The notes under the pieces are model-generated. The model saw only the letters and a program-made list of their open reading frames with translations. It was not told the DNA's origin and ran no database searches. Positions 1-14,692 of a DNA stretch of 64,000 bases are shown one piece after another (position 1 is the first letter of the stretch; each line of letters begins with the position of its first letter). Source of the stretch: Sphagnum compactum (lineage: Eukaryota); assembly GCA_965153455.1 (NCBI GenBank), contig OZ234493.1, positions 5,146,001-5,210,000 on the forward strand, in the 5' to 3' direction. The translations under genes and the position numbers were made by a program.

Positions 1-96
1 TACATAGGAAAAGATGAAAGAGATTTTCACCCCTCCTTGTGCTATTTGTAGAGCACTTGGGAATTCCAGAGTTGTTTCACTAGAAAACACGTTGAA

Positions 97-303
97 ATAA
101 AATGCAAGCTTTGACCTACAGTCAAATGTACAAGAATGACTTCCATTGTAAATTGATGGAGAATATACGCAAGAACAAAAAAAATGTGTCTTTTCATACA
201 ATTAGTCAAAGATGTGTTTTAAAAATGTGGCTTTGTTGAGATAAAATGCAAGCTCTAACCTACAGTCAAATGTACAAGAATGAAGTCCATTGTAAATTGA
301 TGA
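97..303. repeat. ~65-bp direct repeat (2 copies)
   Basis: ATAAAATGCAAGCT..ACCTACAGTCAAATGTACAAGAATGA.TCCATTGTAAATTGATG at ~98-159 and ~241-302. Confidence 0.85.
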
Positions 304-3300
304 AATGCGACTTCATTTGATTATACCAACACCATAATCACATATGTGATTACAATAGTCACATAATATATGATTACACACATTTACGACTAAAAAAACA
401 TGTAGGACTAACTTAATTGTAATCATAAAAGTGGTTGATTTGAACAATAGTTAAATCTATAGTTGTAACCATATGGTTGGAATGGAAAAGATTTCTTTTA
501 GTAAAGGCAAAACAAGTGAATTTAACATAGATAAGATCTTTGAGTTTTTTGGATAGCAAATAGTAATGAATATGAGATGCACACTCACATATGTTCAGTC
601 TATTAACACATAATGGAATCAATTTTTTTCCAAAGTTGAAATTGAATGTATCATGTTGATTTTTATGATCATTTAGTATTACATGGTGAAGTCTAGCTAA
701 AACTTAAATGAAACACCAATAAAGATTCAATAACCATCTTCATGAATTTTGCACTAGGATTGAACAAACATTTTGCAAGAAAACTTTTGAAGGACCTAAG
801 TGGAAATTAGTAATAATAAATCTAATCAATTTCTCTATAATTCCTTCTAGATATTAAACTAGAAATCAAGAAATTTAGAAATATTTTCAAGTCTACTATA
901 ATTTTTTGTCTTGTTTGAAGATTTTTAATTCAATCAATGGTTTTTTTTGGTAACTTTGTAAATTTGCCAAAATTTTAAAAGTAGATACTTCGAAACATTA
1001 GTGAATGCATTTTATGGAAGCTTTATATTCCCGATATAATTGATAATTGTATGGAAATTTTGATTCATTATCCCTAAAGGGTAAAAACGCACTAAACAAA
1101 GCCACAGTGGGCATGGACACCCTAAAAACAATGTGCCCCTACATCTTTGGAAAAAAACAATGGGAACACATTAACTTGGAATCTTCGTCTATTTTATAGC
1201 ACAAGTTTTATTATAATCAAAGTTTTAATTCAAAACATTTTAACCAAATCCAAGATGTTTCAAGAGTCTTTATGTATGATCAAAGGACTTTGAATAGTTT
1301 TGTGGACATGTAGTTATTTTTCTTGTCAAAAGTCCTTTTTCCTTACCAAATGTGTAGTAATAATGGGTACAAAATTGGAGAGGATGTTGATCTCAATATT
1401 TCAAATGGAAAAAATACATAAAAATTTTCGATTGAAATATTTATGTTTGTAATGTAATACCTTATTGTTGAAATTTGATGAAAGTGTTTTTTGCTTGGAA
1501 AAGAACAAATTTTGAAAATGTTCATTCACAAAACTTTTGCAAATTCCTGTGATAAACATGGAAACATCATATACAAAGGATTCATTAATTACAAAAATTC
1601 TAGAAGTTCCAATTTCATAGATGAAGAAAATAAATGGATGACATTGTTGAAAGTTGGATGGAAATGCCTATTGTTCGTTAGCCAAAATTGATTTTCAATG
1701 ATCGATATACCAAAAATTCAAATTATGAACCCTAGATAACCCCAAGCATTAGACTTAGATTCCTTTAATAATGCACTAGGACTACTGCTAGTTTGCTTCG
1801 ACATTAATGTTCGTGAGCTCCTGCCCATGGGGGCATTTGCTGCAATTGCCAGTGTTTACTCATCGTAGGCTTTTGCTTACACCTTTGCACTATTCGCCAC
1901 TTTGGGTGGTGATTTAATGTTGCAAATTCCTGCCTACAACTTTGTGCCATGGTGCACCTTGCAATGGAATGTCACAAGCTCATGCTCGTGTTTTTTCTCA
2001 AGCCGCTTGTTTGGGTGATGGTTGTTTCTCACAACCTCCAGGTTATAACTTTACAAAATGATCTTGCTTGCAATGGAACGTTATATTTTTTGAGGTCCAT
2101 CAAAGTATGTGCATGTAATAATTGATGCATTATATTAGCCTTTTTTGCAACTTTCTTTTGGAGATGCATTTTTTGTCTATTAGTGAAGGAGGTTGTAGAA
2201 GGGCAACAACAATGCAACATCCAAGGAACATAGTGTTTGTGCTTGGAACTTGTTTCGATGCATGTAATATCCTTTTGCAATCTACTATATAAAGGTAGCA
2301 AAGTTGTTGCATTTGTGATTTTCACCTATTTCCATCAGTTTGATTTTTTTTATCACAATGTTTAAGTTGTAATCAAACTAAGGTTCTTGTGACCTTGAGC
2401 TATTTCAATTTTGATCAGTGTGTGGGGTTTTGTGGGAAGTAGGTCTCTGATGGTTAACCACATGTTCATCTCCTATGTATAACACTATTCTTTGTGACCA
2501 TGAGGGAGTGCTTGAAAAAAACACAAAAAAAGGTCATTGTGGCCCTTTTTAGCATTATAAATCATGTGATGGTCATTTTGGCCAAAGCCAAGTGTGAAAT
2601 GACAATGGCAATCTTGGATCAACAAAAGTAGAATATTGACATAATGTAGTCAATGATTTTCATCTTGCTAAAAAGATGCTAACAATCTTGACCAAATGGT
2701 AGATGTTCATGGAGGTGATGATTTGGTAATGGTGCCAGTAGCTAGTACCTAAGGTCATGGTGTGTTGTAGGAAGGCGAGGATGAGATTTACTTGTAAAGG
2801 ACAAAAGAAGGACTTCTAAGAATATATGGTAGTAGAATTATAGATGTCATCAAGCAAAACTACAAGTAGAAGAAGAAGCATTTTTTCATATACACTAGGA
2901 AAATGCACATTAAAAGTACACTGGTGAAACTCATAAACAAGTCCAAATGCAAACTATAGTTTTGGCCAATAATATATCCATGTTCTTTAGTGATGCATTG
3001 AAAGGCTATCCATGTGCTTTCCAAGGTATAATTTTTTAGAATGTTATAAGCAATCCTTTGTTGCAAGATTGTATTCCAAGGTGAAAGCAAGAAAAAAAAA
3101 GTCAAGTAGTGTGTGGATAGTCTTTAGAAACTATTTTTTGAAAATTTGAAAAATCCCCATGGGAACATTATATATCAAAAAAATTGTTTTATTTTTTAAA
3201 AAAAATATTATACTTTTAAAGTTGCAAATACAAAATTTTCATGAAAATTCACCATGTTTCAAGAATCCTTTTATATGTTTAAAGCACTCAAGAAAAGCAA

Positions 3301-3749
3301 GTGGACAGGTGGGTTTTTTGTATCAAAAGTCCATTTCCTTTATCAAATGTTCATTAAATCATTTCAAAATTTTTGTGAATTTTAATATATTCCACAAGAA
3401 GGGATCCATGTGTTCAAAACATTCAAAAAATAAAAATACATATATTGTTTTAGATTTTAATACTCGAATGTCCTTTTACACTACTATAGTTTTGAATTTG
3501 TAATCATGGTTCAAAGTAAAGGTATAGATTTGATTATAATGTAAGGCTTGATGTAAAAACATTTGAGTTTTTATCATGTTATATGTCATATTTGGCCTTA
3601 AATTTGATATTTAGTTTTAAAATTATGTAAAAAACGTAATATAAACCAATAAAAAACTACCATGTAGAAAATATGGTCCTTAGAAAGGACTTTAACCTTG
3701 GCACAACTGGCTTTTTTTTTCATGCTTTCACGCTTTAGATTACTTACAA

Positions 3750-4175
3750 GATCCAATAAAACTTAAGGAGAACCAAATTATCGTATAAATTTTGAAATGT
3801 GGCTTGTCAGACCTTTGAAAGGCCAAAAGACCTCATCCTTTATCATGGCAAAGGACATTGTTTGTGCTTTGGCAACGTGTGATAAAAGTTGCAATTATAG
3901 AAAGGTTGCCCTAGTTTTAAAGGTAGATTGGAGAAACATAACAAAAACACTTGATAGAAGACATTTTCTAGACACCAACCAAGATGCATTTTGGGTTAAT
4001 AAGGTTCCAAATGAAACATGCTAATGGTTTGTGTGAAGTTACAATTAAGTAGATTGTGGCCTATTGGACTTTTGAAACCACAATTTTTCCAAATGAAAAA
4101 GACATCATTCAAAGGAGGATTGGAGTGAAACAATATGATGTGCATGCTACCCAACTACGTTCAAATATCCTAGGT
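3750..4175 (+). pseudogene. Degenerate DNA-transposase-like fragment (superfamily uncertain)
   Basis: Broken frames read ...KVALVLKVDWRNITKTLDRRHFLDTNQDAFW...VAYWTFETTIFPNEKDIIQRRIGVKQYDVHAT. This resembles, from memory, the N-terminal part of bryophyte transposase-like proteins. Stops and frameshifts are present and no catalytic motif was seen. Confidence 0.35.
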
Positions 4176-4539
4176 ACATTGATCCAATTAACTTTGAACT
4201 TTTTAGTGATTGTTCAAATTTGGGCATGAAATTTTCAATATTTTGGCTCTAAGGATAGGGTTGCAACTTATTTCATTGTTGTTGCATTCATCAATATGAG
4301 GATTTGCTTGAAGCTCATCTATTTTTTAATGTTCATTTTGTGGTTATATGATTAAAGTTTTCATGCCCTCTAAAGTTTCTAAGGTTGTTCAATGATTTAA
4401 AAAACCCTAAATAGGTGGTTTTGAAACATTTGTCCAAATATTGTAAGTGGTCAAGGGTCTTGAGTCATTTTTTAATTTATGTGAACATGTTTTAGAAAGT
4501 ATGTGGTAAAGTGAATATGTAAGTGTAGGTTCAAGGTTA

Positions 4540-5180
4540 GTATGCTTTATGATTAAGTTCTAAAAGGCTTCTTCAAAGAACAAGCTATTGACTGTAAAGG
4601 AAGATTTGTTTGGAAAACCTTTAACCTTTTAGCAAAAGGTAGAGGTAGTTCAAGATAATGACTCAAAATGCTTCTGGAAATGTTGTGTCATTTGAGTTCA
4701 AGGTTAATTTGCTATCAAGTTCTAAGTGGTCATCGATGTACAACTTGGTTAATTTCAAGGAAGGTTTGCTTGGGTAACCTTTAGCCCCTTAACAAGAGGT
4801 GGACGAAGTTCAACATAAGGACTCAAGTTCTTATGGAAATTTTGTGTCTTTAAGTTAAAAGTTAGTTTGCTTTGGGATCTAATTCTCAGTGGTTTTTAGT
4901 TCACAACTAGGTGAATGTCAAGGAAGTTTGCTTGGAAAACCTCTAACCCCTTAAAGCAAATGATAGAGGCAAAAATGTGTCCATTAAAAACTTTGTTGCC
5001 TATGACTTCAAGTCTATGTGCTTAACAATTAAATATTGAGTGTTAAGTAAAATTATTCAGTTATTAAAATTTAAGGAGGTTTTGTTTGGAAACCATGCAT
5101 TATAAAGACATGAAACATGTGGTAGAGGCAAAAACATTATTAGGACTCAACATCTAGTTGACTACCTTTCATGGTATAAG
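4540..5180. repeat. Degenerate ~160-bp tandem repeat (about 4 copies, further relic near 5400)
   Basis: Core AAGGAAG.TTTG.TTGGAAAACCT.TAACC recurs at ~4597, ~4757, ~4921 and ~5073. Confidence 0.7.
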
Positions 5181-8100
5181 TGGTTTTTTTTACATTTGTA
5201 ATTCTTAAATCCTTATGTAATTTTCTTGTCCACATTTGCTTCCTAAACATTTTTCATTTTCAGGGTTCTAAGTTTGAAAATTGTACACGTGATTTTGAAA
5301 TTTTTTTGAAAATTTTGTGTCTTTTTAATCAAGCACTATGTGCTTTGAATTTTTTTTTTGAATACTCTTAATAGTACACATATTGTTGAATATTAATAAA
5401 GAAAGTTTGGTTGGAAAATTTTCATATCTATTAGACAAGTGGCAAATGTACAAACTTAAGAACTTGTGAAGTCTTTTTGAAGGGGTGTGACTACATGAAT
5501 TCTAAGTCCTTATTGTTTTGGATCAATTATGGGTGCCATTTTAAAATTAATTGTTGCTGAAATTTAGTGAATCTTTGCTTTAGGAAAGCTTGTGACCTGG
5601 TGTTTGAATATGTGGTATAAGCACAAATTATATTGATTGGAAAATATTGATTGTGATCGAACCAAGTTATGTACAAATGCAAGTGAATTATATCTAAAAT
5701 CTAAAATTGAAATTTTGTGTCCATTGAATCAAAGGAATGTGTGGTAAAATTGGTTAGAAATGCTCCCAAAAAGCTAGAAGGAGGAAAAAAATGTATGCAA
5801 TAGAAACCAAGATAAGTGGTCATGGAACAAATGGGTCAAGTCCTATAATCTTTTGTCCACTTATTCAACATGTGCTTTGTGGAGCAATTCAAAATGTCTT
5901 CTTGAGCGTAAAAATTGTTAAATCAAGTACAATGGTCTTCAAGCTCCCATGGAATGAATGGGTTAGCCTACACTTGTGACACTTGTAAGTCCTTTTGAAT
6001 TTTTTTGTTTAGTAATCTAAAATTGTTGTATTGTGGTAGAAAATTCTAAAATGTTTTTAAAGCACATATGGTCCAAGTTTTTGTTTCAAAGTCTACTTGG
6101 ATATGCATTGGGTGGCCACCAAATGGTGAATTAATTGCATTCACAAAAAACTTTGTGTTTAGTGAGGTTAAGTTGTGGATTGAATTATTTTGGAATGCAT
6201 CAAGATGGAAACAATATTATTGAAACATGATTGCACTAAGTATACTTCCTGAAGATTAACTAGGGTTTTTTATATATGGTAAAAGTTTGAATTTGCTTTA
6301 AAAACGTTTTTTTGCCCATTCGGTTTGAATGTTGAAATGTACCTTTGTTTTGTATTGAGGTGAAGTCTTAGTGGTTTAAGTATGGGAATTATGGAAAACT
6401 TTGAAGGATTGGATAGAGAAACAATTATGGTTGTTTGACCATTTTTTATTGAAGCGAAGGTGTTTGTGGGTTCAATATGGGTTGTGGGAACAAATGATTA
6501 GGCCAAAACAATAATTTTGGTTGTTTATTGTTTTTTTTACCAACTATTAATTAATTCTTAGATCATTCAATTTAAGATTAATAAAATGTTGACATGTGGC
6601 ATCTGTGTAGATAAGTAAGTATGTAGGCCTAGGTTAATTAGGTAGGTTTCAATTAATCTTATTTTATTTTGGGTTTAACCTTTAGCGTTGAATCTTTTTG
6701 ATTGACTCATCCTTTGAATGATGCTTGCATTTTGAATAAAATTAATGCATCTAGTTATATTTTGCACACTAGAAGATGGTTCAAACAAAAGATTTGGGTT
6801 AAACATTTTAGTTGCAAATGTGATCAATTTAGTCAGAACATATTTGTAATTAATTTTTAACACCTTTTCTATATTAGCTTAGTTTACCTATTAATTATAC
6901 TAATTACAATATGTTAATCCTAAAACATTAAACAATGTTTTTACAATAGAAGACAAAGTTAATGGCATCAAAAATTAAAAAATTCAAAAAAATTGGCATG
7001 TGTTTTTTATAATGGTAGAAATTAAAATTTCATGAATTTTTTTTCAAAATTTTTGCACTTAATATGAGGGAGATATTGAATTTTAAGTGGTCATCTATAG
7101 TAGTACCAAGTTTGGCACTCAAGTACCAAATAATTATTTTACTTTTGAAAATCACTTTGGTAGTAAAAAAATTAAAAAAACAAAATTTCAGCTTTAAAAA
7201 TGGGCAGCTTCTTTGGTAGGCTCCTTAGACTTGAAGCCTATAATATAATGAGGTTAATTTTTGAAAAAATTCAAAATTTTCCTCCTTTTTAATTTTAAAA
7301 AGATTAGAAGTTCAATTAGATAAAATCTTTAAAATCAAATAGAATTTCCAAAAATAATCTAAGAATTGCCAAACCTAAAAAGGTATCATGGTTTTTGCAA
7401 AGTTGTATTATAGTCCCACAAAGTTGGGCCAAAGTTGCAACTTGTTGCACTACATTTCATCCATCCAATGTAATACATTATCATCCATCCACATGCTTCC
7501 AAAATTACCAAAGCAATTCAAATTTAGACATGATGTTGCCACATCACACAAGGAGGCATGACGATGGAAGACATCATTCAACATTTCAACTATAGGTCAA
7601 CCAAAGAGTTTGTTGATGCCAAAAATATTTCAAAGATGACTTTTTAATCAAAACTTGTTTTTAATTGTACACTAAATTAGTAGACGGATCAAATTATTTA
7701 GTAATCATCATTAATCTATTCTAATATTTAAAAATTTATAATTGAAATATAGTTGAAAACATGTAGTTGAAAACTTTTTGGTTAAAAAAGGGTCGTTTTC
7801 TGCTAGTGTATATTGGGTAGTTTTCCATCCTAAGAATGTTTTGAACTTAAGGGTGTCTATACCAAGATGGGCACACAACTTTTGCAAGTTATGGTTTGAC
7901 TGTAATTCACAAACTATCAGATCATGCATGGGGGGCAATTCAATCCCTGGCAACCACCCACCTTATGAGTTCTAGCAGACTTATTATCCAAACAAAACTA
8001 TTTGAACATAATTATCTTGACTTGCATCTTAGGTACATTATTTGCAATTGTCAAAACTATTGAGAAATTTTACTTACATAATTTGAGTGATTGATTTATT

Positions 8101-11100
8101 GTTAGGAACATGAACTAGATTTAAATGGGGAAATTTTATGAATCAGTTAGCAATTGATGTGGGGTGAATGGTGACACTTTCAATCATTAGTAACAATATA
8201 ATTTTAGATTTATTGTTAATTATTAATAAGAGGATTCAAAGTACTTCCAACGCCACCCCAATATATTCATGATGATGTAGTTTATAGTTCTTTATTTTAA
8301 TCTCATTCTAAAATACATATGTTTTGGAAACATGTTTTTATCAAGATTAAAGTTCAAGTTATGGAATAACACAAAAAATTGTATGACTTTTGAAAACCAG
8401 TAATCACCCCTAGTTTTACTACGGGAAATTGACATGACTTTTTTTTATTAAGAAAAGATGGATAGGTTCTGGGACAATTTGCAAAATGGGATAAAGTGAA
8501 AAAATGGAAATGGATCATGGTGATCAGACCCATCTCCCATCTGAGATTAATTCAACATATATCCCAGAAAACATATAAATTGGAATTCATACAATTAGGT
8601 AAGTTGTAGATGTATATGGTCATAATAATATATGCAATTTCACACATGCATAATTTCACAATACAGTATATTATTGACAAGACATACAACTAGAAACATA
8701 CAAATTAACATAAGTGAAGTAAGATGCCACTAGAAACGCGAACTTCAAAAATATTGGGCAAATGGAATATATGCCATACCTCTTTTTCTTTTGAACTTTC
8801 AAATTAATATGTTTTCATATGGCAATTAAGAGTTTCATGTAATACAAGGCATATGCCGAAGAAAGTTCACTATTTAATAGTCGGTTGTCAAGGGCATTAG
8901 CTCAAGGTTACTAGCCTACCCATGTTCAATTGTCATGAGTTGCTAGCCCCAGACATTACCATGAGTGAAAAACACAGAAATAGAAAGTGGGTCCTTGGAC
9001 AAATGTAGGTTTCTAACCCGCTATTGAGAACTTCTATCTCATCATGTGAGATGCAAAGCTTAGGACATGATGGGTCCACTTTCTCAACAATTATCTACTT
9101 ATTCTTCATGATTCATTTGAGCTTCCATCCTTTGTTTCTCAAAGTGTGCCATGACAAGCAAGATTAGACTCATTGGTTGTTATGTTGAGGTCATTATGGA
9201 AGCATTGGGGGCAAATTTCTTATGTTCACATGTGGTCATTGTGTCAATTGGGTGTTGATTTTTTTGGTTTGTTTTTCTGGGAGAGGGGAACTACTGAGTT
9301 GACATCCAATTCAATGAGGATGAAACCTGCGCATTGGTAGTTTGGCAACCAATTCTTTGAGGGTGGAACTGATAAGTTGGTAGCCACCTCAGTACTAGTT
9401 CAATGGACTTATGATAGTTTGTAGAACGAAAAGGTAATGACACAACTTCTTTCTTCATTTTGCTTGATAATGCAGCATGCAACCAACACCAGCCCAATAT
9501 ATTCCATAAGATTGCACATCAAATGTCACAACTTATAAAATTGCGCAAAAGAGGAGCTCCACCTTGATTCTACATCAGGCATGTCCATTGTTTCAATATT
9601 GAGATAGGCCCTCCTGTGTGCCTGTTAAGCTGTCTCCTTGGCTGCCTGAAAATTCTATTCCTAAAACTATTTGCCATCATTTTTGGGCTGGGCTAACACT
9701 CCTTCCTAAGAGCATGGGAACATATTGAGGAGAATTAATGTGGTCTCATTGTGATTTAATACTCAATATACATCCACACTTTTATTATTAGATGCGCCTC
9801 TAAATGAGAGACTAGTATGGAGAAACAGAGAGTTCATTTGGTCCCATGTTTTGTGCAATGTTCACTAGGTGTTATTGTGAACTCTGAGTTCACTTTTCAG
9901 GAACTTCTTGGAACGTTTCTTATTCTAACTCTTCCTGGGTTTGAATTTGCCATAACATGCAGAGCCATTATGTGATGACTGGCTTCTCCATTCAGTTTCT
10001 TTTGTCCCATATCAAGGATGGAACAATCATGCCTTCCTTTCTGTATTTGACTATTATTCCATCCTCTTTTCGCAAGGAACAATTTTTCTTCTGTCATGTA
10101 GGTTGTCCTAGTGCAATTAGGTGAAGACACCTCCACACTACCAACCGACCCCAAGCAAATGTTAGAATATGGTATCAGACAAAGAGAATTGGGTTTTACC
10201 TATGGTCCATGGAATACAAAAGCAACTGCCACTGTACCTTGGCGAATTCCACACTAATCATATTGTGTGTAATTTCCAAAAAAAATAATTCAAAGAACAA
10301 AATTTTGCAAAGGAAAATAATGAACCTTTAAATAAATTTAATAATACTCAATTTTCAACATGGAATCTTCAAAATTAATTCACTTTTCAACATTCATATG
10401 TTGAACCATACTATGGTATTTCTACAGTACATTCCAATAGGTTGAGGCTACTAAAGGAGGGGGAAAAGGGGTGGGGTTGATTTGGCCGTCCTTACAACGT
10501 GATTCTCCTGGTGGAACAGAGGAACCCGATTGTTTGGGGGAGTTCCACTGAGTCTAAATGTCAAGAGTTCCTTTGGCAGCGTTTCATCATTTGACTTTTA
10601 AAACCAGGAACCTGCTACTAATGCTATGGAATGGGCCCTTGGGAGGAATGCTAAACACTCCTTAAGGAGCTTTATCTGACACACTTTCAAGCTTGACTTT
10701 TGCACCTTGTGTGGTTTTGTGTTGAATTGCATTGCACAGTTTTTCATGTTTTGCATGTTCCGCAAAAAGAACCTTATTTTAAATTTGTTTTCACGTTTTG
10801 TTTTCCCAGGCTCAATTTGAACCCCATTCCTCTCTCAGTAGAGAGAAAGTACCAACCAGTAGAATACACTTGAGCATTAAAAAGGAGAATTTATATAGGT
10901 CAGAATTGTTGAACCTTATGACAAAAACCAAGCAGTTGAGCACTGTCGACCATTTTTTGTGTTGGATAGTGCTCATTAAGGGATGTTTAACGTCTTCTGG
11001 CGCTTGGTCAATGGTGGCAGACTCTGGCAAGCTCAGTCACCTGTCTCACACTCTCAGGCTTGCCTATTGACTGACCACTTTGCCTTGCAGACTCAGCCCC

Positions 11101-11639
11101 CAAGGGTCTGTTCTCTAGTACATAAATGACCATACCTGCGTTTTGACATGTAAGGTAGGATTCTAACTGAAAACCTGAAACTCGCAGAATTCTCTGTGGC
11201 GATCAATTCTGTGCCTATTGATGGTAATTTACACCAGGGAACACTGCCCCTAGGGAGCATTCTTTTTGTACAAAGGCTGTTTCCATTTACTATGAGCATT
11301 TTCCTTTTTCAGTATCCTTCACAGAAAGATAATGAAGTAGAAGACACTTGGTTGAGGCAACAAAAACTTTTCCTTACGTAAGTTAATTGGAGGAATTTCT
11401 ATATAAACTTCATGAAATGAGGCCCCAAATGTGGTGCATGGTGCCCTTGTTCTTGGGTGCGTTTAAAAGGCCAGAGTGAACCAGCAGCCACCAATGCACC
11501 AGTTGGCCGTTCTGTCCACTGGATGGGTTGCGTTTTTTCATTCGGCATCGGATGGGGTTCATCACAGTTCATTTCTTTTTGCTGCTAACCATTGTACTTT
11601 TTTCTTTTGGTTCTTGACCGTTTTTTCCTGGATCTGACC

Positions 11640-11895
11640 TCACACATAGCTACCCTGCTCACTTTTCTACCCTCATAAGTATTGCACCAACCTTGGTACT
11701 TTATTTATTATCCCCTACTGACATAGCTACCCTAATAACTAGTTATCCTGTTGACCTAGCTACTGTACTAACCACCTACCCTACTAACCTAGCTACCCTA
11801 TTAATTACATACCCTACTAACTTAACCACTATACTAACTACCTACCCTATTGACCTACCTACCTACCCTACATACACAACCATCCTATTGACATA
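11640..11895. repeat. 33-bp minisatellite in left subterminal region of the MULE
   Basis: Unit ~ACCTACCCTACTAACCTAGCTACCCTATTAATT repeated; produces the spurious TYPTNLATLLT ORF 11693-11896. Confidence 0.8.
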
Positions 11896-12697
11896 AGTGT
11901 TTTACAAACCTAGTCACCTTGATAAGGTAACTTGTTTCTTATGTACTAACTTGCCTATCTACCTAACTACCTATCTATCTATGCTTTTTAAAAATAGCCA
12001 AATACCTAATTAACTACCTACTCACTTTTTCCACCCCCACCCTAGCCCCCCCTCAATCCTACCTATCAATTTATTAAGATTTGCCCATATGTAAGTATTA
12101 CAAACAATTTATAGTGGAAACAATGCCATAATTGCATCCATTTTGGTTTAGTTAATGCATATTTTACTAAAATTTGTTTACCGAATTTATTATTGAATGG
12201 ACATTACAATACATATTTTCATGTAATTATTATAAGTATGTACTATTGGATTATGGTTTAGGTTTAGGGTTGAGACACATAAATTAATTAATAAAATTTT
12301 CACAAATGTATAGTAATTAATCTAAAATAGGCTAAATTTGGGGGGAAATTTTTAGGGTTTACACATATGTGAAGTAATACAATTGCATTTTACATCTTCT
12401 TCAAAAATAGTGGAAAAAATTAAGTTGGAGAGATCACACAAATGCAAAAGACATATCTTCTCTTTTGGTTTTGTATGAAATTTATTTGATTGTTTTTAAA
12501 GATTAACGTATTTTGCATTATATAATTTGTATAGTTTGTATAGTTTTTTGGTTTAGGGCATATATCACTAAGACTTTTTTTGTTAGGGTTTGTATAATTA
12601 GGGTTGTAATAAGGCTTATGGCAAAATATCATTTGGATTTTTAGGGTTATGTTTTATTATTTTGTGTATAGGAATTTGGTTCATATATTTCAGAATT

Positions 12698-13305
12698 TAA
12701 GGTTTATACTCTAAATTTTGCTCATTGTATTGGTTTTCGATCTTTTCACTTGTTTAGATCTATACCATAATTATGAATCTCCTTTGTTTCCATATGTTCC
12801 ATAGTTGCTAGAGTTTAATATTTTCTAACCCATTTTGTACGAGTTATGATTTTTTAGGGTTGCGTTTTCAATTGGGACTACAAACTTTGGTGGAACATTG
12901 TCATTTTTTATTCTTAAAGGTATGCATTTGTCTCTTGTTACTTCTTTGTTTTTTTGTTTATATTTTCACAATTCAACCTCTTTTCATTTCCTGGTTATTG
13001 CTAAGGTTTATACTTTAAATTTTGCTCATTGTATTGGTTTTTGATCTTTTCACTTGTTTAGATTTATACAATAATTATGAATCTCCTTTGTTTCCATATG
13101 TTCCATAGTTGCTAGAGTTTAATATTTTCTAACCCATTTTTGTACGAGTTATGATTTTTTAGGGTTGGGTTTTTAATTGGGATTACAAACTTTGGTGGAA
13201 CATTGTCATCTTTTATTCTTAAAAGTATGCATTTGTCTCTTGTTATTTCTTTTATTTTTTTGTTTATATTTTCACAATTCAACCTCTTTTCATTTCCTAG
13301 TTATT
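12698..13305. repeat. ~304-bp tandem duplication inside the MULE
   Basis: TAAGGTTTATACT.TAAATTTTGCTCATTGTATTGG... starts at 12698 and 13002; the copies are near-identical through ...CATTTCCT.GTTATT. Confidence 0.92.
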
Positions 13306-13446
13306 AGATATAGAAAGGGCGTCAAGTTTTATTAAGTATACAATCATAAATAAAGGTTTTATACTTTTACACGGATATTTCATATCCAATATCTCTTTGT
13401 AGTTTAGTTTTTCATACCCATATGCGAATAATGCATTGACTACCCA

Positions 13447-14266
13447 TGACGCGCTCCCAAGTCCCTTGTTGAACCCACTTGAGGGTCTAACTATGTGAAG
13501 TTGCGGAAAGTTGGGACTTGAGGGCCGCTCCCGACTTCCAGCACTAAAGAGGGGTAGAGGGGCGTGCTAGAAGTCCCGAGATTAGACTAGGAAGAGGGAC
13601 AAGCGTTTCACCTTCTCAAATCAGCATCAAAACCAACCCCAAGTTGGTTAGAACTCATTCTGCACCCTTTTGGTGTTGGGACAAGCCACGGGCTAACTCG
13701 GACTCACTTGACTCATCACGGCCCGGACTCGGGGGAAGCCACCACCTTCCCCCATATAGTATACTCTGCGTCTCACCGCGGAGGCTACATCCGAATGGCT
13801 CTTTTCCCCGGGACTCCCAAGTTGGAGTCCCGAAACTGTCGCGGGTTGGAGTCCTGGAACTTTGGGAGCTCGTATCTCTCGGCTCCAACCTCCGATTGGA
13901 GTGAGGTCTGAACAAAAGTTGTAGCCCTCTTTGAGAGCTTTCCAACGCCATGTCGCACTCCTTCAGGCAACTTCAGGAAAAGGTCGATTCCTGACTTTTA
14001 ATGGTCGGGAGTCAAACTGCCAGTTTGACTCCCGGCCCTTCTTTTGCCCATAACTTGGGCTGCAGATGTCCAAATTGCCAATGCGAGGGCATTTAAGACA
14101 TTTACACTTCAAGACCTTTCCATTAATATAAAAAAAACCCCAAGGCGAGGTGTTTTGACGCCCTGTAATCCCTTCTCTGTTTTTGAGAGTCTCAGAGGAC
14201 TCTAACTTCCCACTTTTAGGAGTGTGGGCTTCACCCTCACACTTAGCCCAAAGTGGGGTTGCGACA
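13447..14266. mobile_element. Solo LTR (820 bp) nested in the MULE
   Basis: TG...CA termini (TGACGCGCTCCC...GGGGTTGCGACA), 5-bp TSD ACCCA at 13442-13446 and 14267-14271, sharp GC rise over flanks, no internal gag/pol. Confidence 0.88.
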
Positions 14267-14289
14267 ACCCACAACCAGTGTGGGTTTTA

Positions 14290-14620
14290 TGGCTTAAAGC
14301 AGGTATTACATTTTGCACCTTTCAAACAATGTGCATTAATTATCATTATGTGGGTATTGCTACATGGGGTTTTCAGACATTATGGGTTTAAGGTATAATC
14401 CAGGTATTGCATATGTGAACATTTTCAATGATGGGAGGTTTAATAGCTCAATGTGGGTATTGCCAAAGTTTGTTTTGGTATATTGGTTCATAATGCAAGT
14501 ATTGTACGTTATGTACATTGGAACAATAGGTATTTTATATCATGATATTGGTGTTGGAATGGGAATTCCAAGTCACAACATTGATTTTAAAGGAGCCATG
14601 TATGTATTGCATTTTGGGTT
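14290..14620 (+). repeat. Array of RGTATTRCA-like motifs upstream of the transposase
   Basis: AGGTATTACA (~14301), GGGTATTGCT (~14352), AGGTATTGCA (~14402), GGGTATTGCC (~14455), AAGTATTGTA (~14497), TGTATTGCA (~14603); spacing ~50 bp. Confidence 0.7.
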
Positions 14621-14692
14621 TTTGTTCAATGATGAATGTTTATAGAATTATAAATTCTCTTGGTGCAGGAATTTGTCCTACTTCCTTCAATC

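Noticed and set aside
13644-14398. Cluster of overlapping ORFs
   Set aside because: They lie within the GC-rich solo LTR and have no recognisable domains
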